Origin: Minisyncoccota bacterium
GTDB lineage: Bacteria > Patescibacteriota > Minisyncoccia > Phycocordibacterales > PALSA-1337
Length of the DNA stretch: 58,262 nucleotides
NCBI GenBank assembly: GCA_036170235.1
Contig: JAVHOW010000002.1
Span: forward strand, 1-58,262
Reading direction: 5' to 3'
The notes under the pieces are model-generated. The model worked only from the letters and a program-made list of their open reading frames with translations. It was not told where the DNA came from and did not search any database. Position 1 is the first letter of the stretch, and each line of letters opens with the position of its first letter. The translations under genes and the position numbers were made by a program. Shown here piece by piece: positions 49,136 to 58,262 of this stretch.

Positions 49136-49939
49136 CTACTTCCTGGCAGCCGACAAGCCGAAGAAGCCATCGCAGACGCCGCCGCTCCAGCGGCCGACGT
49201 AAAGACCCATGGCATCGAAATCGCCGACGCAAACACGGCGACAGTCCGAATCGAGATCAACGCAACGAACGTAGATCTTCTCGAACAGACGCTCCCCAGT
49301 ATTAAGGAAATGACCGACCATGGTGTAAACCACGACTTGAGCTTTCGGCGTTTCCTCGTTTGTGTCGAGGAGCGCTTGTTGCTCATTCCACGTCTTCGAC
49401 GTCGAGTTGACGATCGGTTCCTTGCGGACCAAAACCCAGCCAACCTCACCTTTGTCTTTGGCGAACGCCTGTTTGTCATACCAGTCCTGTGAGTAAAACA
49501 GTGTCCGGTCTGACTGCTTCTTGGCGATGCCACGGATTTCGAGGATCGACAGCGGGAAGACGGCGACGAGAACGTGCGTGTCCTTGCACTCGTACATTTC
49601 TCCCTCTGAAATCAAACGGCCCTTTGGTGTCCGAATTTCAGCGAGAGTGTCAAGTTGTTGTTTCGAAGGTTTAACCCCGAAGTGCCTGATCGCCTCCTCG
49701 ACGGCGAAGAAGTTCTTACCCATGATCTCGCGCGCTTTGAGCCATTGTGGATTCAGGCTTGTGGTCCGTTTGTCTTGAATTCCTGCCTGAAACATAATGT
49801 ATTCTGCGATTTTGGTCACAAACACGGGGTCGGTGTTGATGTGGGTTGCGACTTCTTCGGCGTTGTCGCCGATCGCTACCCACAGACGTTGATTGGCGGC
49901 ATTGATGTCGCCAGCGGGGACTTGTGTCCATGCTTTCAT
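49136..49939 (-). CDS. DGR target protein with C-terminal variable region (CLec-like fold inferred)
   Basis: 267 aa, VR occupies the last ~39 codons ending GLSAARK; no signal peptide seen. Confidence 0.9.
   Translation of the reverse strand: MKAWTQVPAGDINAANQRLWVAIGDNAEEVATHINTDPVFVTKIAEYIMFQAGIQDKRTTSLNPQWLKAREIMGKNFFAVEEAIRHFGVKPSKQQLDTLAEIRTPKGRLISEGEMYECKDTHVLVAVFPLSILEIRGIAKKQSDRTLFYSQDWYDKQAFAKDKGEVGWVLVRKEPIVNSTSKTWNEQQALLDTNEETPKAQVVVYTMVGHFLNTGERLFEKIYVRCVDLDSDCRRVCVGDFDAMGLYVGRWSGGVCDGFFGLSAARK
49142..49257 (-). repeat. DGR variable repeat (VR)
   Basis: TR to VR codon changes TAC>TGC, AAG>ATG, AAC>GGC, GAC>GGC (twice), TAC>TTC, ATC>TTC. Confidence 0.95.
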
Positions 49940-50131
49940 TTTTTGTTCTTTCTGTTAGCCTTTTTGAAATTATCTCAAAGGCGACTGGATTTGAGAGTAC
50001 GATCCCAAGATTACGTCTTGTCTTTTTGAGACGAGCTTACTGAAGCCTATAAATAAGCCCCAAAAAGCTCGTCTCAAACAGTGATTTCTTATCAAGGTAC
50101 CTAGACAATTTAGGGTATTATTCTACCCACT

Positions 50132-50161
50132 AGTATAGCATACTTACTATCTGTATGTCAA
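50132..50161 (-). promoter_or_regulatory. Sigma-70 promoter of the DGR target gene
   Basis: Minus strand TTGACA-18 nt-TATACT with extended -10 TG. Confidence 0.65.
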
Positions 50162-50201
50162 GGTTGGTATTATTATAGACCTATGTTACAATCTTCCCAC
50201 T

Positions 50202-50450
50202 ATGATAAATGCAGAAGTAACCCGTAACGCAAACGAGAACGCCCTAGGCGTTATTCGACGTTTTACTAGAAAGGTCCATGGATCAGGCATCATCCAACGC
50301 AAACGTGGCCTCCGCTTCGCTACGCGCGTCCAGTCCCCTTACAAGGTCAAACAGCGCGCACTCAAACTCATGAAGCGTCGTGCGGATCTCGCCGAACTCG
50401 TCAAACAAGGCAAAGCTCCAGTCAAACCAGAACGTGGTGGAAAGAAGTAA
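50202..50450 (+). CDS. rpsU: 30S ribosomal protein S21-like
   Basis: ENALGVIRRFTRKVHGSGI; small and basic; upstream of ybeY. Confidence 0.7.
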   Translation: MINAEVTRNANENALGVIRRFTRKVHGSGIIQRKRGLRFATRVQSPYKVKQRALKLMKRRADLAELVKQGKAPVKPERGGKK

Positions 50451-50452
50451 AA

Positions 50453-50878
50453 ATGATTAACGAAGCACGATTCAAGAAGCACGATTCACGAAAGGACGCA
50501 TCTAATTTCAATATAATAAATGAAACCGACAGCTCAATTCCAGCTGTCGATTTTGTTGCAATAAAAAATTCTGCGCTTGGCGTAAAATATTCTTTGAACC
50601 TCATTTTCACAACTTCTGCAAAAATAAAAAAACTCAATACTATATATCGCGACAAAGAATGTGCCACCGATATTTTGAGCTTTCCTATTTCCGATACTGA
50701 AGGTGAAATTTATATATCCGAAAAAGAAGCGCGCACTGAAGCTAAGAAATTCGATCGAACCTATGACAATTTTATCGCATTCCTCTTTATTCACGGTTGT
50801 ACCCATTTGAAAGGACATGACCATGGGGTTATAATGGAGAAGTCAGAAGAAAAGATCAGGCAGAAATTTGTGGTTTAA
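50453..50878 (+). CDS. ybeY: rRNA maturation endonuclease YbeY
   Basis: YRDK..ATDILSF, GEIYI, HGCTHLKGHDH. Confidence 0.92.
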   Translation: MINEARFKKHDSRKDASNFNIINETDSSIPAVDFVAIKNSALGVKYSLNLIFTTSAKIKKLNTIYRDKECATDILSFPISDTEGEIYISEKEARTEAKKFDRTYDNFIAFLFIHGCTHLKGHDHGVIMEKSEEKIRQKFVV

Positions 50879-50923
50879 ATTAACCTAATTTCTAATTGGT
50901 CTAATTGACCTAAGAAATTCCAA

Positions 50924-52105
50924 ATGGCCAGAAACATCATCACCGGTATCGACATCGGCACCTATTACGTCAAAGTAGTTATTGCCAATGCCAAAGAACG
51001 CACTGAACGCGGTTTTCCAAAGATCGTGGGTGTTGGCGTAGCCGAATCTCGGGGCATGCGACATGGTTATGTGACCAATATGCGTGATGTGGCATCAAGC
51101 ATCCGCAAAGCTGTCGCTCAAGCCGAAGAAAAATCTGGTCTGAAAATCAAGAAGGCTTTTATCGGTGTCGGTGGTATTGGTCTCAACGCAAGCACAGTCA
51201 CCAGTTTCGTAATGACATCTCGAGCTGACGCGGAAATCACTGAGCTTGATCTTGCTAAACTTCATGAGCAATGCGAAAAGGACATGCCACCTTCCGCTAG
51301 AGCTAACCGTAGAATAATTTATGATATTCCCTTGCAATACAAGATAGACAACTTTCCTTCACTTGGCGCGCCTATCGGACTTACCGCAAATAAGATAGAA
51401 CTCAAAACACTATTCATCACCTGCCTCGATCACCACGTGACTGATCTTATTGCCGCCGTCAATGAAGCTGGGGTTGAAGTCGAAGATATCATGGCCGCGC
51501 CGATCGCCGCTAGTTTTGTCACCTTATCCAAAACCCAAAAGATAGCTGGTTGTGTTCTGGCAAATATTGGCGCGGAGACAGTTTCCATCGCCGTATTTGA
51601 AAATAATATTCCTTCATCGCTAGAAGTATTTCCTATCGGCTCAACCGATATTACAAACGATATCGCTCTCGGTTTGAAAGTTCCACTTGAAGAAGCAGAG
51701 CAAATCAAGATTGGCGCCATAACTGGTTCATCATATCCACGCAAAAAACTTGAAGAGATTGTCAGCGCGCGCCTTTATGATATTTTTGAATTGATCGAAG
51801 CGCATTTGAAAAAGATTGGCAGGAATGGTCTCTTGCCTGCGGGTATTGTGATAACTGGCGGAGGTTCTGGTTTGAATTCAATTGACGATCTTGCCAAAGC
51901 CGCCCTGAAACTCCCTTCACGCATCGGCTCGATCGGCAGTGTCGACGGCAAATCTTCATTCAAAGACAATCCACTTTCTGTTGCCTACGGTTTGTGCATC
52001 TGGGGTATTCACGCCGAAGAAAGTCCGGAGATTGACGCGACTGCTGATTTTTTTAGGAAGTCTTGGAAACGAATCATTAGAAGCATCAAGCAGTTATTAC
52101 CGTAA
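50924..52105 (+). CDS. ftsA: Cell division protein FtsA
   Basis: GIDIGT, ITNDIA, AEQIKI, ITGGGS; upstream of ftsZ. Confidence 0.95.
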   Translation: MARNIITGIDIGTYYVKVVIANAKERTERGFPKIVGVGVAESRGMRHGYVTNMRDVASSIRKAVAQAEEKSGLKIKKAFIGVGGIGLNASTVTSFVMTSRADAEITELDLAKLHEQCEKDMPPSARANRRIIYDIPLQYKIDNFPSLGAPIGLTANKIELKTLFITCLDHHVTDLIAAVNEAGVEVEDIMAAPIAASFVTLSKTQKIAGCVLANIGAETVSIAVFENNIPSSLEVFPIGSTDITNDIALGLKVPLEEAEQIKIGAITGSSYPRKKLEEIVSARLYDIFELIEAHLKKIGRNGLLPAGIVITGGGSGLNSIDDLAKAALKLPSRIGSIGSVDGKSSFKDNPLSVAYGLCIWGIHAEESPEIDATADFFRKSWKRIIRSIKQLLP

Positions 52106-52301
52106 TAATTCAATACATAATACAACCAAAATCCACGCACCCGTCAACTTGCACACTTTTGAGGACTTGTTATCATAGTACAGTTATCTGAACATTTGCA
52201 TTGGAATACATTTGAAGTGGCCTCAAGCCGCTTTTATGTTTATATGATATCCATAACCATACACACTTTTCACTTTTAATTTTTCAATGTAAACTATACC
52301 C

Positions 52302-53528
52302 ATGCCAAACATCACTCCTGACATCGAAGCTTTTGCCCGCATCAAAGTTCTTGGCGTTGGCGGTTCTGGCGGCAATGCCGTCAATCACATGATCGCTTCC
52401 AAAGTACGCGGCGTCGACTTTATAGCGATCAACACTGACTCGCAAGACCTTCACCGATCCATAGCCAAGAAACGTATTCACATCGGCAAAAATATTACTC
52501 GCGGTCTTGGCACTGGCATGAATCCAGAGCTCGGTCGTCGCGCAGTCGAAGAAACTCGTGATGAGATTCAAGAGATCGTCAAAGGCGCAGATATGGTTTT
52601 CGTCGCCGGCGGACTCGGTGGTGGAACCTGCAGTGGCGCTTCCCCGATGGTTGCTCGCATCGCCAAAGAACTTGGTTGTCTCACGGTTGCCGTTGTCACC
52701 AAACCATTCTTCTTCGAAGGACGTCAACGTTCACGTATTGCCGAAGTCGCTCTCGATGAACTCCGCAAAGAAGTCGACGCTATCATTGTGATTCCGAACG
52801 ACCGACTACTTTCTGCTATCAGCAAAGAAACCACCGTCAAGAATGCTTTCGCTATGTGCGATGAAATTCTCCGCCAAGCAGTCGAAGGTATTTCCGACCT
52901 CATCACCACGCCAGGTCTCATCAACATAGACTTCGCCGACATTCGCACTGTCATGGAAAATGCCGGTTCTGCACTCATGGGTATCGGATCTGCTTCTGGC
53001 GAAAATCGCGCTATCGAAGCCGCCAAAGCCGCTATCAACAGTCCACTCCTCGATGTTTCCATCACTGGTTCCAAAGGCGTGCTCTTCTCTATTGCTGGTG
53101 GCGAAGACCTCACCATGTTCGAAATCCAAGATGCCGCCAAAGTTATTACCGAGTCCATCGATCCAGAAGCCAAGATTATCTTCGGTACAGTCCGCGATGA
53201 CAAGCTCAAGAAAAACGAGATCAAGATTACTGTTATCGCCACTGGTTTTCCAGAGAGCAACATTGCTACACCTCGTCCATCTGCTTCTCCTGTTTCCGCC
53301 GAGCCGACTATCGCTGGTATCATGAAAAGTGTCGCCGAGAAAGGCGGTGAGCGTAGTGACAAGTCCGATCGTGCTGAACGCGGCAAAATCTTCAATTCTA
53401 TGTCTGATATAAAGCGTGATGCTGTACCTGTCAATACAAAAGTTCCTGAGAAAAAAGAAGAAAAGAAAGAAGAAGACGATGATTGGGGCGCGATTCCGGC
53501 GTTTCTACGAAGAAGTAGGTTGAAATAA
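52302..53528 (+). CDS. ftsZ: Cell division protein FtsZ
   Basis: GVGGSGGN, GGGTCSG, INIDFAD, C-terminal IPAFLR. Confidence 0.97.
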   Translation: MPNITPDIEAFARIKVLGVGGSGGNAVNHMIASKVRGVDFIAINTDSQDLHRSIAKKRIHIGKNITRGLGTGMNPELGRRAVEETRDEIQEIVKGADMVFVAGGLGGGTCSGASPMVARIAKELGCLTVAVVTKPFFFEGRQRSRIAEVALDELRKEVDAIIVIPNDRLLSAISKETTVKNAFAMCDEILRQAVEGISDLITTPGLINIDFADIRTVMENAGSALMGIGSASGENRAIEAAKAAINSPLLDVSITGSKGVLFSIAGGEDLTMFEIQDAAKVITESIDPEAKIIFGTVRDDKLKKNEIKITVIATGFPESNIATPRPSASPVSAEPTIAGIMKSVAEKGGERSDKSDRAERGKIFNSMSDIKRDAVPVNTKVPEKKEEKKEEDDDWGAIPAFLRRSRLK

Positions 53529-53531
53529 TTA

Positions 53532-53566
53532 AATTAAAAAAGGACCTACTGGGTTCTTTTTTAATT
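53532..53566 (+). terminator. Intrinsic terminator of ftsZ
   Basis: aattaaaaaaggacc/ggttcttttttaatt. Confidence 0.65.
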
Positions 53567-53598
53567 ATCTATAAAATTATGTTACAATAATCTCCACT

Positions 53599-54531
53599 AT
53601 GACCTACGACCTGTGCATCATCGGTGGCGGACCAGCTGGAGCAGCGGCGGCCGTTTATGCCGCACGGAAACAATTGAAATCTGTTTTTATTACAAAAGAT
53701 TGGCTTGGGCAAAGTAATGTTTCAGAGAAAATTGAGAACTGGATCGGTTCAGTCGCTATTTCTGGTTTGGAATTATCGAACAATTTGGAAAAACACGCCA
53801 AGGCATACGCTGATGGCGTAATTGATTTTAAAGAAAATGAACTCGCTACAAAAATTACAAAAAATAATGCGGAAAGTGGCACGACTTTTACTATCACAAC
53901 CGACAAAGGAAACTATGAAGCAAAAACTGTTCTCATCGTTTCTGGTAGTCGTCGTCGCAAACTTGAAGTCCCAGGCGCGGACAAGTATGAACACAAAGGT
54001 CTGACCTATTGCGCTTCATGCGATGGGCCCATGTATTCAGATCAGGATGTCGCCGTCGTTGGTGGTGGTAATGCCGGCTTTGAGGCGGCCGCTCAATTGC
54101 TGGCATACTGTAAAAGTGTAACTCTTATAAGTCGCAGTGAATTCAAGGCTGACCCTGGCACAATCGAAAAGGTTTTGAGTAATCCAAAAATGAAGGCTAT
54201 TCAGTTCGCTATTCCAAAAGAAGTGAGGGGTGGCCAATTCGTCACTTCACTCATTTATACAGAAACAAAATCCGGCAAAGATATTGAAATTCCTGTTACA
54301 GGAATATTTGCAGAAGTTGGTTCATTACCAAATACTGATTTTGCCAAAGATCTCATTAAACTAGATAAATTCAACCACGTCATCGTTGACCCAAAAAATC
54401 AGCGCGCGTCTATTGCTGGCATCTGGGGCGCAGGAGATTGCACTGATGGTTTGTATCATCAGAATAATATCGCAGCTGGAGATGCGGTGAAGGCCGTTGA
54501 GGATATTTATTTGTACGTGCACGCGAAGTGA
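53599..54531 (+). CDS. trxB: Thioredoxin reductase / AhpF-like FAD oxidoreductase
   Basis: GGGPAG, YCASCDG, GGGNAG, GAGD. Confidence 0.85.
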   Translation: MTYDLCIIGGGPAGAAAAVYAARKQLKSVFITKDWLGQSNVSEKIENWIGSVAISGLELSNNLEKHAKAYADGVIDFKENELATKITKNNAESGTTFTITTDKGNYEAKTVLIVSGSRRRKLEVPGADKYEHKGLTYCASCDGPMYSDQDVAVVGGGNAGFEAAAQLLAYCKSVTLISRSEFKADPGTIEKVLSNPKMKAIQFAIPKEVRGGQFVTSLIYTETKSGKDIEIPVTGIFAEVGSLPNTDFAKDLIKLDKFNHVIVDPKNQRASIAGIWGAGDCTDGLYHQNNIAAGDAVKAVEDIYLYVHAK

Positions 54532-54565
54532 TTGACAAGAACGATTTTTTTGCTATACTTCTAAT

Positions 54566-54683
54566 ACAAATCGCCCGTTCGTGGGCAGCGCCTTTCGAAA
54601 GAAATGTTGATTCCTAAATGACACCACCAAATTTCACCTTGATGGTAAAGTAAATTATCAGCTTCATTATGGAGTTGTTTTTT
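54566..54683 (+). ncRNA. Putative ~118-nt transcript (promoter plus terminator, no substantial ORF)
   Basis: TTGACA-16 nt-TATACT (54532-54559, extended TG); hairpin gccc-gttcgt-gggc; terminator cagcttca-tta-tggagttg-T6. Confidence 0.45.
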
Positions 54684-54715
54684 CTGTTCATTCCACCTAT
54701 CAAAATCTTTAATAA

Positions 54716-55270
54716 TCATAAAGGTTTTGATGGATTATTTATCGGCGCCTCACACACTCCCCATAACCCCCTCTTCGCTTCTTTCGCCATTTTTTCTATA
54801 CCCCTAAACTCCTTCTGAAACATATATGGCGTGCCATACGTATATTCGCGTGCAAAACCTTGTTCCAGCAAGTCTTCATTCACGAACTTGTCACCCAGAT
54901 ATACATACGCCAAATAGCGCCTATATTTGTCCTTTTCTTCCCTATTTGGATTCAGTTTCAGTCGAACTTTTTGACCAGTTAACATACTCTTGGTTTCATC
55001 TGACGCCTCTTTTCCATAACACTGAATCGGTTTGCGTGGATCGATGGTTTCTGGTGTATCAATTCCCAACATGCGAACCGTTTCGATGTGTCTGCCAATT
55101 TTTACTTTGAATGTATCTCCATCTGTAACATAATCTACTTCATATAACTTATTTTCATCTATGGTAACTCCCGTAAACGCCCGAACAATCAAATAACCAC
55201 CTAACCCAAACACGCATACAACAAGTACCGTGACGACAAAAAGAAATGTCGTAATTTTTTTATATTTCAT
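54716..55270 (-). CDS. Thermonuclease (SNase-like), membrane anchored
   Basis: DGDT, RMLGIDTPE, DKYRRYLAYV, RGLW. Confidence 0.92.
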   Translation of the reverse strand: MKYKKITTFLFVVTVLVVCVFGLGGYLIVRAFTGVTIDENKLYEVDYVTDGDTFKVKIGRHIETVRMLGIDTPETIDPRKPIQCYGKEASDETKSMLTGQKVRLKLNPNREEKDKYRRYLAYVYLGDKFVNEDLLEQGFAREYTYGTPYMFQKEFRGIEKMAKEAKRGLWGVCEAPINNPSKPL

Positions 55271-55415
55271 TTTCTACTCACGATGACAGAATGATGCAGA
55301 TATCTTCCAAATAATCTCTTATATTTTTATGAATTTGTGACGCTCGTTCGCAGGTCGAGCTTGGCGTAAATATAGCGCTGTAAATAAATTCAGTCAATAA
55401 GGTTTGAAATTCTAG

Positions 55416-55487
55416 TAGCCCTACCGGGAGTCGAACCCGGCTTCCTTGCTTGAAAAGCAAGTGTCCTAACCGATAGACGATAGGGCC
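55416..55487 (-). tRNA. tRNA-Glu(TTC)
   Basis: Reverse complement ggcccta...cttgc-ttTTCaa-gcaag...tagggcta. Confidence 0.93.
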
Positions 55488-55568
55488 ATGCGTGTCCAAC
55501 ATACTACCATTTTTTGAAAAAATGGCAAAAAATGCTAAGGTATAGCGGTCTGACCAGACATTACCTTT

Positions 55569-55656
55569 GGAGAGGTGGCAGAGTTGGTCTAATGCACAAC
55601 TTTCGAAAAGTTGCAGGGGCGCAAGCTCCTCGGGAGTTCGAATCTCCCCCTCTCCG
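55569..55656 (+). tRNA. tRNA-Ser(CGA)
   Basis: ggagagg/cctctcc acceptor, caact-ttCGAaa-agttg, long variable arm. Confidence 0.93.
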
Positions 55657-55735
55657 CAATTAATTTTGATATATAGGATGAAAATAAAAAAAGCAGCTCG
55701 TGTGCGAACCGCTTTTCGAAACATGAGTGAATCCA

Positions 55736-56104
55736 TCAAGCCGTCAGTCTTTCCCAAAGAAATGTATCATCAAGAGGTCCCGTTTTTGGAGGCAAACTTA
55801 ATTTTTCAGCCGCCCGCTCATTGAACATCCATCCGAGCTCCTTGAGACGATTGAATGTTCTCTCAGAACATTGAGACCGCCCAATCTTTCCACTTGCCAT
55901 CAACCGCCCTTCATGATGTGCATCAACTTTCAAATTCATTCCATTGTGCATGATCTCAAATAGGTGATTGGGAACACTGAACGCTCTGTTCACTATCACT
56001 TCTTCTGGCACCTCAATTTCAAATCTCTTGGTAAAGATCGTGTAATTAATGCCGTGGATTAAATGGCTTTCGCCTTCCAGTTCAGCAGAAACTTTGAACT
56101 TCAT
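55736..56104 (-). CDS. Hypothetical protein
   Basis: 122-aa ORF filling the intergenic space; no motif recognised. Confidence 0.55.
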   Translation of the reverse strand: MKFKVSAELEGESHLIHGINYTIFTKRFEIEVPEEVIVNRAFSVPNHLFEIMHNGMNLKVDAHHEGRLMASGKIGRSQCSERTFNRLKELGWMFNERAAEKLSLPPKTGPLDDTFLWERLTA

Positions 56105-56242
56105 ACGTTATTCTTTCATTTATGGTTGTTTATGGTTGTTCTGTGATTACAATACATCTATTTTGTGTACAAAGCAAGAAAAACGATCTTGACCAACATA
56201 CCATTGGTTTCGGGGGCCAAACAACTTTGCTATAATACCCTC

Positions 56243-56881
56243 ATGATCATCACCAAACTCGGACACTGTTGCCTCCTCATCGAAGTTCGTGGAACTCGGT
56301 TTTTGACTGATCCTGGCACTTATACGACTGCGCAAAATACCGTGAAATGCATTCATTACATAGTCATCAGTCACGAACATACGGATCATCTTCACGTTGA
56401 ATCATTGAAAATAGTTTTGGCAAATAATCCTGAGGCAAAAGTTATTTGCAATGGAAGCGTTGGAAAAATTTTGGATAAAGAGTCGATCGCCTACACAAAA
56501 ATCGTCGATGGCGATTCATTAGAATTCGGCGGGGTTATGATTGCTGGATACGGTTTGAAACATGCTCCTATTTATAAAAATTATGAACAAGTAGAAAATA
56601 CCGGTTACATGTTTGATGGAAAATTATTTTATCCGGGTGACGCATTCCACAATCCTGGCGTTCCTGTAGACATTCTTGCTTTTCCAGTCACTGGTCCATG
56701 GTGCACGATTTCTCAAGCAATAAATTACGCGCTAGAGGTAAAACCTCGCATCACATTCCCTGTTCATGATGGCAACTTGGTGCGCCAAAATGGGATTACG
56801 GTTCGTTTACCAAATATTGAATTACCAAAAGTTGGGATTAAATTCATGGTCCTTGAACTCGGCAAAGAAAACGAACTTTAA
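56243..56881 (+). CDS. MBL-fold metallo-hydrolase
   Basis: TKLGHCC, TDPG, SHEHTDH, YPGD, PVH. Confidence 0.88.
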   Translation: MIITKLGHCCLLIEVRGTRFLTDPGTYTTAQNTVKCIHYIVISHEHTDHLHVESLKIVLANNPEAKVICNGSVGKILDKESIAYTKIVDGDSLEFGGVMIAGYGLKHAPIYKNYEQVENTGYMFDGKLFYPGDAFHNPGVPVDILAFPVTGPWCTISQAINYALEVKPRITFPVHDGNLVRQNGITVRLPNIELPKVGIKFMVLELGKENEL

Positions 56882-56938
56882 ACATGTGAATACTTACACT
56901 CTGTAACTGAAAGCATTTCAATGTTATAAATAGGTTAT

Positions 56939-58048
56939 ATGAAATCGCATAGCCCTATAAAAATAATCATCACCACGCTAATTGTGGTCGCTTTTGGTTG
57001 GGGTTCGATGTATTTGGTCACAAAAGGAATTGGCGCAATAGGTCCAAGTACAATTCTGGTAAAAACAACTTCACAGAAAGCGGTAACTCTCGAGGCAAAT
57101 GTGGTGAATCGAAATTACCAAAATGATACCGCGGCGCCGATAATTCCTGTACCAAAAACTCAATCATCCACATCTCCAAACGAACTCACAATCATGGTCG
57201 GCGGTGACGTGACATTCGATCGTGGCATCCGAGCAGTCGGTCAACGAAATGGATATGACTCACTGTTTGATTCATCAGTGACTTCATTGTTCAAAAAAGC
57301 AGACATCGTCGCGGTCAATCTCGAGGGTCCCATAACTTCAAACCCGTCAAAAACACTCGTTAATGGAAAAACCACTGACAGCTTCACATTCACTTCCGCA
57401 ACCGAAGGAGCTCTTGCTCTAGCTCACGCAGGTGTCACTATTGTAAGTTTGGCAAATAACCACACAGATAATTTTGGATTTTCAGGATTCACTGAAACAC
57501 AAAAATGGCTGTCCGAGGCTGGTATACAATGGTTCGGCAACCCTTGGAATAGTACCTCAAGCAAAATGAGTACGGTTGAATTAGTCGATAGCAATTCACC
57601 TATAGCTACGCTCGTGCACAAAAATGGTTTTACGGTGGCTTTCGTAGGTTATCATTCATTCCAGCTTGGAATAGATCGAGTAATATCTGAAATAAAACGA
57701 GTTTCTGGTCCAAACGTCTTTACCATCGTCATGCCACATTGGGGTGAAGAATATATTTCAACATCTTCTGAACGAATGAAGTCACAAGCTCGTGCTTTCA
57801 TAGCCGCTGGCGCTGACGCGATCATTGGTGCGCATCCGCACGTCATCATGAATCAAGAATGGGTTGGAGCCGTGCCAGTCTATTATTCCGTTGGCAATCT
57901 ATTATTTGACCAATATTTCTCACCAGAAGTTATGAAAGGAAATTTGGTTGAATTACATTTGACCAAAGATTCTTCTGGACCACATCTTGATCATGTTGAG
58001 GTTCATGATATTCATCTTAAAATCGGAAAAGGCGTGGTTGGTGAGTAA
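56939..58048 (+). CDS. CapA/PGA_cap family metallophosphatase-like protein
   Basis: GGD, NLEGP, LANNH, HWGEE, GAHPHV, YSVGN. Confidence 0.9.
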   Translation: MKSHSPIKIIITTLIVVAFGWGSMYLVTKGIGAIGPSTILVKTTSQKAVTLEANVVNRNYQNDTAAPIIPVPKTQSSTSPNELTIMVGGDVTFDRGIRAVGQRNGYDSLFDSSVTSLFKKADIVAVNLEGPITSNPSKTLVNGKTTDSFTFTSATEGALALAHAGVTIVSLANNHTDNFGFSGFTETQKWLSEAGIQWFGNPWNSTSSKMSTVELVDSNSPIATLVHKNGFTVAFVGYHSFQLGIDRVISEIKRVSGPNVFTIVMPHWGEEYISTSSERMKSQARAFIAAGADAIIGAHPHVIMNQEWVGAVPVYYSVGNLLFDQYFSPEVMKGNLVELHLTKDSSGPHLDHVEVHDIHLKIGKGVVGE

Positions 58049-58136
58049 AATGACTGTGCAAGTTGAAGTATGCCAGCATTTGATGCGCGGTGGCACATGG
58101 TGGATTTTTTTCTAATTTCTGCTATAGTTTTCTGGC

Positions 58137-58212
58137 GCGCGGTTAGCTCAGTTGGTAGAGCATCCCCTTGACGTGGGGAGGGTCACAGGTTCGAATCCTG
58201 TATCGCGCACCA
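58137..58212 (+). tRNA. tRNA-Val(GAC), CCA encoded
   Basis: gcgcggt/atcgcgc acceptor, tcccc-ttGACgt-gggga. Confidence 0.95.
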
Positions 58213-58262
58213 GAATTGAACTAGACGGTTTTTCAGAAGCCAAAATGCGGGACGCGCGAAGC

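Noticed and set aside
48576-49533. ORFs 48576..48797, 49085..49492 and 49120..49533 with similar peptides
   Set aside because: They are alternative-frame or antisense translations of TR, VR and the target gene.
52724-53434. 236-aa antisense ORF within ftsZ
   Set aside because: Shadow ORF arising from biased codon usage; no motif and no independent signals.
55278-55824. ORFs 55278..55757 and 55567..55824
   Set aside because: They run through tRNA-Glu and/or tRNA-Ser and are spurious.

Overview
A low-GC bacterial chromosome segment using the standard code (TGA is a stop). The compact gene set (murA, priA, def, fmt, dnaB, recR, thrS, hisS, rpoD, dnaG, prfA, ftsA, ftsZ, six tRNAs) and short intergenic spacing suggest Patescibacteria/CPR, Parcubacteria-like; this assignment is an inference. 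The main accessory system is a complete diversity-generating retroelement (DGR) at about 47.1-50.2 kb. It has a target gene whose 116-nt VR differs from a 116-nt TR at 8 positions, all TR adenines. Its Avd-like gene is inverted and head-to-head with the RT, and the RT is split by a 2-nt frameshift in a 14-unit AG/TC microsatellite, a candidate phase-variable ON/OFF switch for hypermutation. A second theme is a set of palindromic elements, some intergenic and some in-frame inside priA, dnaG, a UvrD-like gene and a methyltransferase; two share a 14-nt loop core but have unrelated arms. Also seen: many apparently leaderless genes, two promoter-terminator units with no clear ORF converging on nuclease genes, a second sigma-70, a GH130/PMM/PMI mannoside salvage operon and a lipid-modification cluster. 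All calls come from reading motifs by eye; no database searches were run.
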